DNA of 64,000 bases, taken from the NCBI GenBank assembly GCA_964016885.1, contig OZ024742.1, positions 299,336,001 through 299,400,000 on the forward strand, written 5' to 3'. Shown here in pieces: positions 13,090-28,050 of this stretch. The DNA comes from Eledone cirrhosa. Taxonomy: Eukaryota. The first letter of the stretch is position 1, and each line of letters begins with the position of its first letter. The notes beneath the pieces were generated by a model. It did not search any database, was not told the DNA's origin, and saw nothing but the letters and a program-made list of their open reading frames with translations. Made by a program: the position numbers and the translations under genes.

Positions 13090-13450
13090 CGGTAGATCTC
13101 TTTAAACCTGGCAACTTGTAAATCATATAGATTTAATATAGTTTAACGGTAGAACATTTTAAACCTAGCAATATGTAAAACATGGATTTGATATGGTTCA
13201 GTGACATGTATAACATATATTTGATATAGTTTAGCGGCAGATCTCATTAAACCTGGTAGCGTGTGAAACATATATTTTATATCTTTAAACTTGGCAACAT
13301 GTAAAAATTGTAGATATAATATCGTTCAGTAGCACATCTTTAAACCTGGCAACATATAAAATATATAAATTAAATATATACCTCAGTAGTAAATCTTTAA
13401 ACCTGGCAACATATAATAGATTTAGTGTAGTTTAACTGCAGATCTTTAAA
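13090..13450. repeat. Degenerate ~55-60-bp tandem repeat (atctttaaacctggcaacat core)
   Basis: About six to seven recurrences of the core. Confidence 0.75.
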
Positions 13451-14429
13451 AACACGCAAAGAAATTTTTTCTTTCTACTTCCTCAGTGCAAAAATAGAAC
13501 AATGAGATACGAAAACATTGAAGAGGAAGTTGAAACTGAAAAAAAAATGCTTGAGATGTACCAGAAACGAGGAAATGTGTGTGGGATGTTGAAACGGATG
13601 TTGTGTGTATGTAAATATTCAAAACAATAAATTTGATAAAAGTGCAAAAATAGAGCCGTAAGATATTAAAGAATTGAAGAGAGGACGTTGAAGCTGAAGA
13701 AAGAATTTGAAGAAAGAATTCAGAGATGTAGCAAAAATAAGAAAAGACTGAAGGAAAAAAAATATATAATGCATTCACGAAACATGTGTTACGCATGAAT
13801 ACGAATAAAATGTTTAGCTGACACTGCGATCTCTCAATCGTAATATATGTTTCTGTTCAGTTCCGGATTGGCAGTAAACTGGAACTCGAAGCAACCGTCC
13901 AAAGTGTCCTTTTCTAATTCAAGATGGTATTATGTGACCTGAAAGAAATTTGTTTGCTATTTCTAACAGGTACAGCAACGCATAAAAGGTGTTCGAACCT
14001 TCGCTCGAAGTAAATATATTTGTTATTGTCATTGGATTTAGCCAAAATATTCTTGTTCAAATTACGAATTTGTTTTAAGGTGATGATACCCTCCATACAA
14101 GCTATCTCATGAAAACCATTTTGAAGAGTGAAACCATAAATATACATAAATTACCAAAACTTTAAAACAAGTTACATGAAATACTATTTACTAAATAACA
14201 TTTATTAAAGAGGAATTCCGCACTGATATCCTCTTCCAGTCACACCACATTCACTTCACTGCTATATTCTAAACATACAGATTTCCTCGATCGATAGTTT
14301 CAACAAAGAATCGTTTTTCCTTTACGTATGCCTATATTATTTTAATGGTATTTCTAAATGTGTTTATTTGCGTATATATGCGTGAGTATATGTGTGTGTT
14401 TGTGTGTGTTTATGTGTATGCGTATGCAT

Positions 14430-15364
<935 letters not shown>

Positions 15365-15564
15365 GTATTAAGGATACTATTTATGGTTATGTATATACTA
15401 AAACCTTTTATAGTTATATATATTTTATACCCTAAATAGTGAAAGACTCATTTATTACTATCATATTACCAGTAAGATAAATAGCTCAATGTAACAACAT
15501 CAGTTGTTTTACAGAGCAGTTATATAGAGATTACATGAATCAAAGTTCTGCTTAAATCATTTAT

Positions 15565-15613
15565 TTGCTTACAATTGTTTCTTCCAAACCGAGGTTTGGA
15601 GTCTTCGGAGCAA
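15565..15613 (-). ncRNA. Type I HHR, U4C variant (sense copy of PLE-1)
   Basis: Reverse complement of 19662-19710. Confidence 0.7.
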
Positions 15614-17118
15614 TTATTCAGTGATTTTTAACATACTTGACCTCCTTTTCAACACAAGAGACATATAGAAACATATGTATATATTGACCCACAGTGGGTT
15701 GACATCCATTATAATAATATAGCATGGTAATTTACATACAAAGATTACAGTCATATTAAAGGACAAAATTAAAGTTAAAATTAAAATTAAAATTAAAATT
15801 AAAATAAAACATTGGCAGTTTACTAAGATAAAGCAAGAGGAAAGTTTGGAGTAGCCAGTGTATGCAACAGTCACACGTGTGGCATGCACGCGTGTCCTAT
15901 TTATACAAGATTATAGTGCGGCAGATTGTTACATGTAAAACAAGCAGTCAAAGCAGGCAATTAAGAGTATCATGGGGGGCTGTACTGGTAAAGCATTATT
16001 CACACACACCTGTACGATATAGAAGCCCGTGTGTAGAGAAACACCAAATTTATAAAAAAAATTACAAATGAGAAGCAAAACAGCACCACTGTCCTGGTAC
16101 ACACCACCACTCTCACAATCCAGGGAATGCAATATATAGACTACATTTCCATCACACAATCCACGATGATTCAACATTGGGTGCCTGGTTAACCATGCTA
16201 GAACAGCACAGCTTGTCGTTCTTTATTTCGATTCTATAGAGCAGGTTGTATTTGTTGTGAGAGTTGACATCGTATTATATTCCGGAAGTGTGTGTGTGAT
16301 TAAGGGGAGTTAATGCGTAAGGGGAGGTAACTAGCTGATTTCTATAGCTAAATGTATTATCCTAAAGTACATTAATGGTGTCTCAAATGATTTCCTATCA
16401 TATAAGGTTATAAACAATTTCTAAATTTAAGTATCTTATCTATAAATTACAGTGTAGTCTATCAAGAATTACTAAAGGTGTTCATATTAGGATGATTACC
16501 TTCTATCATAGAGTGCCACCACCGAATATTCCACATGAAGTGTCAGATCTCCAAATCAATGATCTTTGTAAGTGTAGTCCACCCGCAGAACCTGGCAGGG
16601 TCTTATTAGAATCACTTCTATATATGACTCCTGGTAAGCTCTGGGTCATTGGATGTCTGATTGCATGGCAAAGTTAAATATCACTAGGGTAGTCCAGAGA
16701 TCAATTATCACTTACAAAGACACTAATCTGACCATCAAGTCATACATGTATTTATAACTCATACATCACCTGTACATAATTCATTGCACTCAGTATATAG
16801 ATTATATAGCTCTTTTATGTTAATAAATTAATTACTTAATCTTCCATTTATCCAATGATGGCACATACACAGGACAATGTTAGCACAACCAATTCCGTGC
16901 TTAAAGTTTACATTAATTATATATTGGTGTAATGTAGTCTAAGTAATTGAAGGCCAATATACCAAAAGTAGAAGAACATGGGGATATCTCTAGGGTAAAA
17001 GGTACTAGGAGGATGTCACTATTTGCGTTAAAGTGGATTAATGGGTGTGGAGATGAGTTGTAAGGTGTGCCCCTGATGATTGCTGCTAGAGGTGGTGACG
17101 GGTTCAAGTATGACATTG

Positions 17119-19330
17119 TTATATATTGGGTTTAAAATTTTGGAAGGAGTGTCGGAAGCGGCGTTGTCAAGACGCGAACACTTCTGATTTTATATTAAGG
17201 AGGTCATGGTTTGAGAAGATGATAGTATGGGTCTCTAGTAGACAGAGGTTACAAAATGTATTAGGTGGTTTGTACGATGTCGCGTTACCTATCACTTCCC
17301 ATTTAAGTGTATATGGTTTATTTTTAGTTTTTAGATAGTGTATGTAGCTAGATAGTGAAGTGGAGTTGGCTAGACTGTGTTTTTTGAAAGAGTTGAGGTG
17401 CGAATTGTATCTGGTTTTGAAGCAGTTTGAAGTAGAGCCTATATAGGTTTCAGAAGAGTTGCTAGTTGTGACTGTGCATGAGTATATGATATCCTTGGTT
17501 AAGCATTTTTTATCTAAAGGGCAGGTTCTATTTGATCTACAGTTACAATTATTCTGGGTGTTAGTCTGCCGGTTATTATGTTGTGTAGAAGTCTGGATGG
17601 TAGCTATAGGGTTATGGTTATGTGGGTTGACGTTCCCAGCGTTATTGTTTACACTAGTGATATTACTATTATTTCTATTGATATTAGGGTTAGTTGCTAT
17701 AATGTTATTTTTTGTGATTTAGTTTGCTGGAAGTAAGAATTAATTTTTCTTTTATTGCTACTAGCTATGTGGTATGCTATGTTAGGCGTAGTAGAGTAGG
17801 AGATTTTAATAGTGTTTTTGTTTAAAAGGCTATGGTACTTGTGGCCGGATGGGAAGTTTTTATCTAGTAGTGAGAAGAAAGCCCTAGGTAGGTTGGTAGA
17901 GACGTTTAGATTGAAAGGAGGGTTGAAAAATGTATTATTTCTTCTTCTATTTTTGTTTTTTATGTCAGGTGAGTTGTTTCCTTTTATGGTACTATGGTAA
18001 TTTCTGTGGTGCGGGTTACTTTTGTTGGCATCCTCCGTATTAGTGTGTGTGTGGTTGCTATTCCTATTACTAAATTTCCTCATGGACATGTTGTGCGAAA
18101 TAATGTTGTAGCTATGTGTTTTTGTAGGTAGGAACTCGATCTCTATATTATGGCCTGATCTAGCTAATGCCTGATTATAATATTGCGAGTTTTTGCTAAA
18201 TATGTTTACGTCATAGGATAGATTAGAGATTATATTAGATACTCCCTTAGAGATAGAGTTTAATATAGATCTAGGGTGGTTAGACTTGGTATCTACGTAA
18301 ATGAGTTTTTCATTAGGTTTGTGGAAAGATGCATATATCTTTGAGTCTAGGTAGAGGGTGGCGTCCAGGAAGTTAACGTTTTTAGTGTTTTTGTCCATGG
18401 TAATACTAAGGTTATAGTTTTTGAATGTCTTGTGCAATAGTTTTCTAATTCTTTCTATATTGAATTTTTTATAATCTACAAGTAGAAGTGCATCATCGCG
18501 GTACAAACCACCGTTGAGCTATGGAAGGTCCTTATGGATTTCGTTAAGTAAATATAGGCCGACTAAATCAACGACCTGCGCCGAGTCACTAGATCCCATG
18601 GTTATCTCGAAGTTGTTTTGCGTATCCTTGCGGGTCCATAATTGGTCTTCAAAGGTGATTACTGTTTTACAGGCCGCAAGTATGACATCAATCTGGGGTC
18701 TAGTCAGGTCACTATTGTCCATGGCCATAAGTGCCTTATTTAATAGGATAGGGGAGATAGAGGTGTAGTATGAATTGATATCAAATTGAATAAATTTTTT
18801 ATCCTTGTTATCCTTGATATTTTTGAACCATTCAATCACTTCACCTGTATTTCCCCATTGTTTAAGATATATCTTGTGTTTAATCTGTGGGATGATTTTA
18901 TCTAAAATTTTCTTACTGATATCTGCCCTTCCAAGTCTGACATTGGCATTAAGTCTAATCGAGGGGTTGCTAATGAAATCCTCCTTATGGTCCTTCAGAG
19001 AGAATCTGGGGGGGTTTGAGGTATATGGTTGTGTATGTCTCTGGAGTCCTAGTTTGGACACTATATTATAACCTTCCATATTAATATCTTCTAAGTTTTT
19101 CATAGTGGTTTTCTTGTAGCTTTTATGTAGTTCATTATATATAAACTTTCTATAAGTATTATAATCTAGGCTGTATATGTTATTAGTTTTCTCCGCATGT
19201 ACAATAATTTTATTACTAGTTTTGAAATCATTAATAGAGGTGCTAAGTTTGTTTAAGAAGGTGTTGTTTTTATTACGGTGCTTTTTGTATTTAATATTCT
19301 TAACTAGTTTTATTAGGTCATTTTCATGTT
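17119..19330 (-). pseudogene. PLE-1 RT plus C-terminal GIY-YIG ORF (frameshifts near 18510 and 17700, stop at 17167)
   Basis: FIQFDINSYY, FEITMGSSDSAQVVDLVG, GLYRDDA, FFNPPF, CNC..CPL..CL, IIY..YIGST, CNLCLLE. Confidence 0.92.
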
Positions 19331-19661
19331 TTACATGTAACAATCTGCCGCACTATAATCTTGTATAAATAGGACACGCGTGCATGCCACACGTGTGACT
19401 GTTGCATACACTGGCTACTCCAAACTTTCCTCTTGCTTTATCTTAGTAAACTGCCAATGTTTTATTTTAATTTTAATTTTAATTCTAATTTTAATTTTAA
19501 CTTTAATTTTGTCCTTTAATATGACTGTAATCTTTGTATGTAAATTACCATGCTATATTATTATAATGGATGTCAACCCACTGTGGGTCAATATATACAT
19601 ATGTTTCTATATGTCTCTTGTGTTGAAAAGGAGGTCAAGTATGTTAAAAATCACTGAATAA

Positions 19662-19710
19662 TTGCTCCGAAGACTCCAAACCTCGGTTTGGAAGAAACAA
19701 TTGTAAGCAA
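19662..19710 (+). ncRNA. Type I HHR, U4C variant
   Basis: ttgct-CCGAAGA-ct ccaaac ctcg gtttgg aa-GAAAC aatt GTA-agcaa, then ataaa. Confidence 0.7.
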
Positions 19711-19748
19711 ATAAATGATTTAAACAGAACTTTGATTCATGTAATCTC

Positions 19749-19847
<99 letters not shown>

Positions 19848-19848
19848 C

Positions 19849-19883
<35 letters not shown>

Positions 19884-19929
19884 TATATATATATATACAC
19901 ACACATATATATATACAGACACACACATG

Positions 19930-19967
<38 letters not shown>

Positions 19968-19971
<4 letters not shown>

Positions 19972-20401
19972 GATAAATCTACCAAGAGTTTACGGTAGTG
20001 TCCAATCCGTATGAAGAACTCAATGTATTCCGGATATCATGGAAAGAAGAGATGTAATGAAAATCCAATTTCGGTGAAAGATAAACGGTATACAGAGTCA
20101 AGATAAAATATTAAACAAATAATGAACAAACAATTCCTTATATTAAACAAAAAAAGTTCACTATTTAACGATCGTTTCTAGGGTATATATGTGTTATAAT
20201 TGGTATGCATATTTAACAGATCTATGTACAAAATTATATAAAATTATACAAATTATCAAGATTAAATATACATACCTAACTCATATATACGCCGTCTTCA
20301 GAAATAATAACAATTATAACACATATATACCCTAGAAACGATCGTTAAATAGTGAACTTTTTTTGTTTAATATAAGGAATTGTTTGTTCATTATTTGTTT
20401 A

Positions 20402-20410
<9 letters not shown>
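19968..20410 (-). mobile_element. Family C fold-back mini-element
   Basis: Homologous to 51393-51963; tail 19968-20102; short inverted arm ~20312-20410. Confidence 0.85.
20161..20307 (-). ncRNA. Type I HHR with ~115-nt stem II region
   Basis: ttattt-CTGAAGA-...-GAAAC gatc GTT-aaatag. Confidence 0.7.
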
Positions 20411-20449
<39 letters not shown>

Positions 20450-20467
20450 TATACAGACACACACATG

Positions 20468-20511
<44 letters not shown>

Positions 20512-22900
20512 CGTGTGTGTATGTAAATATATATGTGTGTGTGTATGTATGTATGGTATGCATTCATCTATGTGTAGTTTATGTACGATCATGTTATATA
20601 TAAAAAACAAGTTTGGGCAAGTAATATGTACCGTCATGTCTTAAATTGTCTGTATTAATGACTTTCATGTAACCAGTTAATTCAATACAGCATACTTGTC
20701 ACAGTCTTTTGGTAATACTTCTGCCATTAAGAGACTACTCTCCCTTTTTTCCCTTACTCTGTTCCATCTTCACTATGTTGTATTTCTCCCGTTTGTTAAG
20801 ATTTCTTTCTTTTTCCCGCTTTTCATCTTCATTTAATGTGATTGAGTTTATGTATGTACTTATTCAAACGTGAAATTGTTTTCAGTCAAATATGAGCGTA
20901 TCTATATTTATCAATATTTATTAAAATGTAGGTAAATAACTATAATTTAAATTTGTATTTTTATATATGTGTGCTTATTTTTGTACGATTATGATTTTGA
21001 AAGAAAAAGCAAAACAAAAAACGTTATATATGTAAACCTATTTTTTTTCCTGTGTATATTAACGATTTTCGTCTCAATAACAAATTCAATAGATTTACAT
21101 CTAGGCTAGCTAATAACAGGGTTAATATCTTGCACCCACTTCTGCCGTTGAGTTAGCTATATATATTTTACAATTTTACTAATAAATTTAATATGGATAT
21201 AACTAAAGTCTACATTAAACGTATTTTCAAATATAAACTGTGTTGGGTATAAATGTCCATTATTTAATTAATTACACTGTGGCAGAATGTACAATATGCG
21301 GACTAGAATGGCCACGTCAGTTAAATCTTAATTTGTGATTGATGAAAAGAGCATTTAACTATATATCTCTTTGTGAACAAGAATATGAGGGTAGTTATTT
21401 ACTGATAAACAGCAAATTAGCCGCTGTGAAAAATGTATAGGCAATATCATAATTTTTTTCTATATGCAAAAAAAAATAACTGAATTTGTTTTCACAGCAT
21501 AGCTTATAATCTGTTGTTATCTTGACATTTAAATTGTGTTTTCAAATGTACGATTTCTTGTATATAGATATTCAGGATACACAAGTGTTTTGAATAAATT
21601 ATAAAATATGCAGGTTTTTTTAAAGACATATTATAAATGACTTTCATTGACTGGTTCAGAACACGTAAATTTCTATGTGATCAGCAATGACATGAAACGT
21701 TATGCGGCCTGGGGGCGCCAATCAGTCTGGCAGAGAATTTAGCGATATCAGAGTAGGTATTTGTATTTTTGTGGCATTGTTTGTGTTTGATGCAACTGCA
21801 ATATTCATACAGGTATCTTTTACATATACATATATATGTTGGTTAGAGCAAGAGGGCTGTCCGCCCTGCAGAAGCACATCTGCTACATTTATCTAAAGTA
21901 ATCTTTTCAAGATATCTGGGACCAGTGGCTTGAATTTGTTTAACGAGTTGCTACCGGATGACAGCAAAATATTATGATTTTCTTACTGTTGATAGATATC
22001 ACTGGTTGCTGCAATATGTCTAGCCTCACGCTGAGGCAAAATAGGCTATTGCCATTCCAGAAGAATAAAGATGTGCTCTATCAAGGATTCTCCATATGAT
22101 ATAGAGTATAGTGTTCTCTTAATCTAGTGGCCTTCAATTGAAACGCGAAAGATGCACGAAAACTTCCTTGTTGCTGCATTTACAGCATTCACACTCCCTC
22201 TGTCTCATATATAATGAAATATGTTCATACATGTACATTGTGAATATGTTTATAATGAAAATGTAAATTAGTTTGTGTTTATATATGTGTACGTATGTAC
22301 ACTCATACACATACACTGACTTAGATTTTCTTTATAAGCACGTGTTTATGTGTACATGAATCATTGAATCGTATATCAGCCTATTCTTTTGTACTCATAC
22401 AGAGGGAGTGGAAATTCTTCCTCCTTCATCTTAATACAGCAATTATATAGTTACTGATATAATAACTGTATTGTGTTAGGTTTATTGTATCCATTAAAAA
22501 CGTATATAAACTACTACATGGTTTATTTTGCAATGATATAAAACGTATTATTATGTTTCAATACATTTTGCCGAACATTTATGACCCAAATGCTTAATGA
22601 TATTAAAACTGCCTGTCTTATATAAATAGCATACGTGGATTTTATTTCTATTGTATGTATGGCTTTAACACAATGCAATTGTTTTAGTCTCAAAACAGAA
22701 GCACTCCTATCAAGTAACTTGTCAAACAACTACAAGGAAGGAATAATCACATAACACATGCTTCATGTAGAAACATAGAAGATGAAAATTATAATACAAC
22801 ATTTTCAATTGTATAATTCATAGGAAATATGTACATACATGTACATAGTCCAATATGTTTATTAGGAAAATGTAAATCTCTCTCTCTCTCTCTCTCTCTG

Positions 22901-23773
22901 TATTATTATTATTATTTTTATTTTCTTTCATTATTGTTTCTGAGATATATGCCAAGTGTCTTCCTGACACCTAGGGCAAATAAATTCACAGTGTGCATTG
23001 GTAAGCCAGTTAGTACACCACATTGATTATGATTATAAACAAAACAACAAAAAAACAGTATACATATATACACATGTGCATATGCATATGTAAATACAAG
23101 GAGGGATATCAATCTTACAGAGATAGTGCTCTTCTCAATACGTGTGCAGTACCAGAAAAACAATTTTTTGCAGCTCGTGCAGAGAGGGTAGACCAGGAAT
23201 CATTCGCAAATATTGTTCTGTTCCTTTCTTGATCATACCCAGTCCTCCCACAATCACTGGTTTTGTAACGGCCTTGAAGTGCCACATTTTCTCAATTTCA
23301 ATAAGCAGATCTTTATATCTTCGTAGCTGATCAAATTCTTTTGCCGTGATATTGTGATCACATGGGATGCTCATATCTATCAACAAACAGACCTAGTTAT
23401 GTTGATCTTTTATAATGATGTCAGGTCTACTTGCTTTTATGGTCCTGTCAGTATGTACAGGAAAGTCCCAGAGAATTGTTACTTTTTCTCCTTCAGTTAC
23501 AGCCTCGAGGTGATGGTTGTACCACTTGTCTTCATCTTTGATTTTGTAATGCCGACATATTACCCAGTGTAGATATTGACCAACTCTGTCATGTCTATAT
23601 TTGTATTCTACTGGTGCTAAAACTTTACATCCAGAGACTAAGTGATCCACTGTTTCAACCCCAGCATTGCAGAATCAGCACTCTGGGTTTATTCCGTTTC
23701 TCATCACATTGGTCTGGTAATTACGAGTCAATAAGCTTTGATCTTGGGCAGATAAGACGAAGCCTTCACTCTC
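22901..23773 (-). mobile_element. R4/Dong-clade non-LTR retrotransposon 3' fragment (CCHC, RLE endonuclease, 3' UTR, (AAT)n tail)
   Basis: ESEGFVLSAQDQSLLTRNY, ETVDHLVSGC, RHD, WDFPVHTDR, RPDII, LIDMSIP, RYKDL; stop near 23115; (AAT)n at 22901-22916. Confidence 0.88.
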
Positions 23774-26381
23774 CGGTGAGGAATACCTGGAGGTGCCGTA
23801 GCCTTAATGCGTGTCTACGCAACGTCAGCCACGGCACCCCAGCCCTCCGTTCGAAGGGTGTTGACAGCAGATGGATCTTCTCACCAAAGGAGCCCGCTTC
23901 TTCCAAAGAAATCGGAAGAGTGCGCGCTCCATTTTGGCGAGTGTTTTCTCTGGGCAAGGCACGACGGTCAAGCGGTAGTAGATGACGGAGGCTATATAAG
24001 CGTTCGCCACCTCCGCTTGACCTTTCAGGGATAGTTTGCACTCGGCCCACTTCTGGGCGAGTGCAAAGAACTTGCCCGTTACCTCGTCCCAGTTTTTCTC
24101 CACCTGGAGGTCCGGTCCGGCCCAGACCACGAGCAGCTTCACCGGTCCCTCATTCCAGCGTCCGACGATGCCGTCGGAGGGCATCGTTTTGCCCCTCCAC
24201 GTCCCGAGTTGGAAACCGACGGACTTGTCCCGGTTCAGCTTGTCTCCTGTGAACCTTTCAAATTCCTCCAGTAAGGTGCCGATCTGCCCGATTTCCGAGG
24301 CGCACGACACCATTACTGTCACGTCATCGGCGTAGGCCGACACCGCTTTCCGCAATTCCAGTTCCAAGGGGATGCCCTGCAACAGCTCCAGCTTCCGCAG
24401 TAGTGGCTCGAGAGCCAGCACATACAGGGGGGAGGAGAAAGGGCATCCCTGTCGGATGGATCGCGTGATTTGGAACGGCTCCGAGAGGTAGCCGTTCACC
24501 CTGACCCTCGAGCAGGTGTTGCTGCTGTGCATTGCAGCAATCCAGCCCCTGAAAACTGGTCCGAAGCCTGCCGCTGCGAGCACCGCATCCAGGTACCGAT
24601 GGTCAACCCTATCGAACGCCTTAGATTGATCCAAGTTGATCAGGGCCCCACCAAAGCCGGGTTCGTTCCCTACCCTCTCTACGATGTATCGCATGAGGTG
24701 GAGGTTGTCGTGTATGGACCTGGACGGGATTGCGCATGTCTGCGCATCTCCCACCAGGTTCCCGACGACAAGCGCCAACCTCTTCGCTAACACCTTGGCC
24801 AAAATCTTTAACTCTGTGTTTAGCAGAGTTATGGGCCTGAAGTTATCTATGTCATCCCCCATGTTCTCGTCCTTCCTCACCAGCGTGACTACGCCCTTGG
24901 TCACAGAACTGGGAATTCTCCCGTTCTGTTGTCAGTTGCAGTAAACCGCCTCGAGGAGACCGGAGAAGAAGCCCGGCATCGCTACATAAAGTTCGTATGG
25001 TAGACCATCGAGACCCGGAGATTTGCGTTTGCCGCATTGGCTCAGCTCTTCCCCTATTTCAACGGCTGAAATCGGCCTCTATCAGGACTTCGCCTCCCCG
25101 TCCGAGAGCCGCGCCAGAGAGCCGTCGAGGTATGGACCGAAATCCATGGCCCCACCCGGCCCGCCGCCCCTCCCGAACAGTCGTGCAAAGCGCCGTTGAA
25201 AGGCCGCACTCATCCACTCAGGTTCAAGGATCAGGCGTCCATCCTGGTCCTTCAAAGACCGAATCGTAGACTAGTTTCCACTTTTTGCTTCTGTCACTCG
25301 GACCCAGCTAACAGCTTTGGCTCCCTCGTTACCCAGAGCACGTATTTTACTCCTGACAACGCAGCCCTCGTGCTTCGCATCAAAGAACTGGTCTAGGGCC
25401 GTTCAGCACGCCGGCCACGTTGCCACTCCTAATCGCCTCTTCTACTCTATTTGTTAATTCCCTTTCAGTTCTATTCCTATCTGATGCTAATTCCCCACTA
25501 AAACCTATCGATTCTGTTCTAATTTCTCTCTTGAGAGAGTCCCACCACCTGCTGTTGACAATTGCCCCCGTCAAACGCTGCTTAACTAGTGTGTTAATCC
25601 GCTTACTGTAAGCTTTGTTTATCGGTAAAGACAAGTTTAGCTTCCAGTAACCGGGTCCCTGTCTATGAGTTCTATCAAGGTTGACCACTCCGGTCACCAA
25701 CTAGTGATCCGAATAGTCAACCATGAACATTCGTGGACAGCTTAATATATCCCTATCCTTATTTCTAACTAGGAATCTATCTAGGTACGACCTAGATGTT
25801 CCGCTCCGATTACTCCACGTCCACCGTGGCACAGTCAGAAAATCTAGTCGATATCTATCGGCCAGATCAAATCGGCCGATTAATCGTTTGAGGCTGTTAC
25901 ACTCCCCTCTAGCGGGACATGCCCCTACATAGTCCCAACGTGCATCCAGGATACCATTCCAGTCCCCCACTAAAAGCAAGGAGCGAGACGTTCCCAGGAA
26001 ATTCTCCAGGCGTCGGAAGAAGTCCGGTCGCGGTGTCCCAGATGGGGTATACGCTGCCACCAGCCTGAAAGCTCCACCTTCACCACTACCGGTCTAAAAC
26101 CACCAGTCGACTCTCCGGGTCCAGGTGTACCTTCTGTGTGGCAAGACCCAGGTATTTTCGCTGCAGCACGTCAACCCCACCCCACCCCTCGACTGACAGA
26201 GAGATGCGTAGATCTCAAAATCGTCGAAGATGGGGGCCAGTTGGCGCTCGCTGCTGATCCTGTACTCGCAAATAACCATTACATCCACTCTGTGCGACCT
26301 GAGGTCATTTAAGAGTTTGCCCTGTTTCCAGGACATCCCCTGGCCGCGTGCATTCACACATCCAACTCTTATATTGGCCAT
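23774..26381 (-). pseudogene. Tx1/L1 ORF2 (APE endonuclease plus RT), with several frameshifts and stops
   Basis: VNARG, VGDWN, SYLDRF, SDH, PGYWKLN, FRPITLLN, LDQSKAFDRV, IRQGCP, YADD, GGLG. Confidence 0.92.
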
Positions 26382-26399
26382 GTTGGTGCTGAAGAGTTA

Positions 26400-28050
26400 A
26401 AAAGGAAGAGGAAAGGAAATTACTTACCTCTTCGTCTTCTGGGGACCAGGCTGCACAATTTCCATGGGGGTGTTGGAAGGGTTATTTGGTGGGGTGGTGG
26501 TTTGTGGTGGTGTGAGGACATCAGTGTGTGGTGGGACTAGGGTGTTTTGTGGGGTGTGGGGATGGGGAAACATCTCAATAGGACGCTGTTAAGTGGCTTG
26601 GTGCAGTTGGTCCCCACATGCATTGGATGGTTCTTTTTCAAAGTTACAGAGGTTTCCGTTGGGACCCTAATCATCATTAGGTGCGGTTTGTTCGCTGCGT
26701 AGGTGAAAGAGATCCCTTCGGTTTCTACCGAAGGGTTATTTTCTACTGTTTTCATCAACGTTTTATTGTTCTTGTTAATGTATGTGTAGAGTTTTTGTTG
26801 TGTTGTGTTTGTTTTTGTTTGTTGTTCTTGTGCGTGTTTGCGTTTTGTAGTATGTGTTATGTTTTGAGGAGGGGTGGGTTTTTTTATTTGTGATGTTTGT
26901 TCTGTTCGTGCTGGTGGTTGTGTGTTTGTGGAATTTTTGTTAATGTGGTACCTTTTTTTTCCTTTTCACCTGTTGAAAGGGTTCTCCCTCGTCGTCACTG
27001 GGTGACGTTGATACGGAGTCCTCTTCCGTGTTGTTGGGGAGGGGTATATTTTGGGGTTTTGTTGTGGTTGCTTTTGTATTTGTTTTAGGTGGGGAGGGGT
27101 TGGGTGGAACAGTGTTTTGTGTTGTTATTTTTCCATGTTGTTATGGTTGTTGTTGTTGTTGTTGTGGTGGTGGTGGTGGGTGTGTTCGGGGTTGGCAGAA
27201 GAGCCTTTTTTTTTTACTCGTTAATTGAGGACAGGCAGCCCTCAGGTGACCCCTGCTTAAGCAGTGGTAACATGACGGCCGCCTTCCCTCCACTGAAATG
27301 TTTATATAAGTTAGCCCGTCCAGAGGCACGCGTTGTGGGATATTCGCTATTCGTTCTGGGCTCATTTGCACCAGAACTTCTACGGTGGTCCCACCAAATA
27401 CACCCCCCCCCCCAGAGGACTTTCCTATTGAAATTATCTTGTCTTCGTCAAAGTTAATGATTCCACATAGTATCCACCAAATATTTACATTTGGTGTGAT
27501 ACTCATTATTTTTATTCTTTGTGTCCTTTGTGTCCTTTTTCATTTTGTGATAATTGAGCTGGTTTTCTTGTTTCGTTCGATATTGTCCTGAAAACCACAA
27601 TTTTTAGGACAGCCTCTCTACGTAATTCCTGTGGAGAATTGATGCTAAAAGCGCCGTTTTCGCCAAAAGTCACGAATTGTTTTGCGTCTTGTAATAGTTG
27701 TTTAGCATTTGTTATGTCTATTGGCGTGTATAGTTCGTTTTTTTTTACAGTCTGTGCGAATGTTGTTTTGGTGTTGTCTTTTTTGTTGCTGTCACTGTTG
27801 GTAATATTGTTCATGTTTTCCTTGGTGTTGCTATTGTTGCAGTTGTTGGTTGTGGTGTTATTGTCATTGTTCTTGTTGTTGGTACTGGTATTATTGACCG
27901 GGTTTGGTTTCGTGGTTTCGATATTTTTAACGTTTTTCGATGATGCGAGGGGGGAAGGCTGCAAGCTGTGTACTCCTACCTTCCCTCCACCACTTTTCTT
28001 AGTGGGCGTGGCACTCACGACAGTGTGCGAGGTGGAAATGGCATCCATTG
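26400..28050 (-). pseudogene. Tx1/L1 ORF1 (gag-like), frameshifted
   Basis: CYHCLSRGHLRAAC zinc knuckle, N/T-rich low-complexity flanks, located upstream of ORF2. Confidence 0.8.

Larger units (their letters stand above)
15361..19752 (-). mobile_element. PLE-1: Penelope-like element (Hydra-clade-like), 5'-truncated, with inverted pseudo-LTR
   Basis: RT and GIY-YIG remnants; inverted arms ~15522-15942 and ~19327-19752; tail 15361-15521; (TA)n flanks. Confidence 0.92.

Noticed and set aside
15614-19661. Duplicated 91/93-aa ORF (MHATRV...), and likewise the 143/163-aa ORF in the PLE-3 arms
   Set aside because: Incidental frames in duplicated 3' UTRs with non-ATG starts and no recognisable domain.
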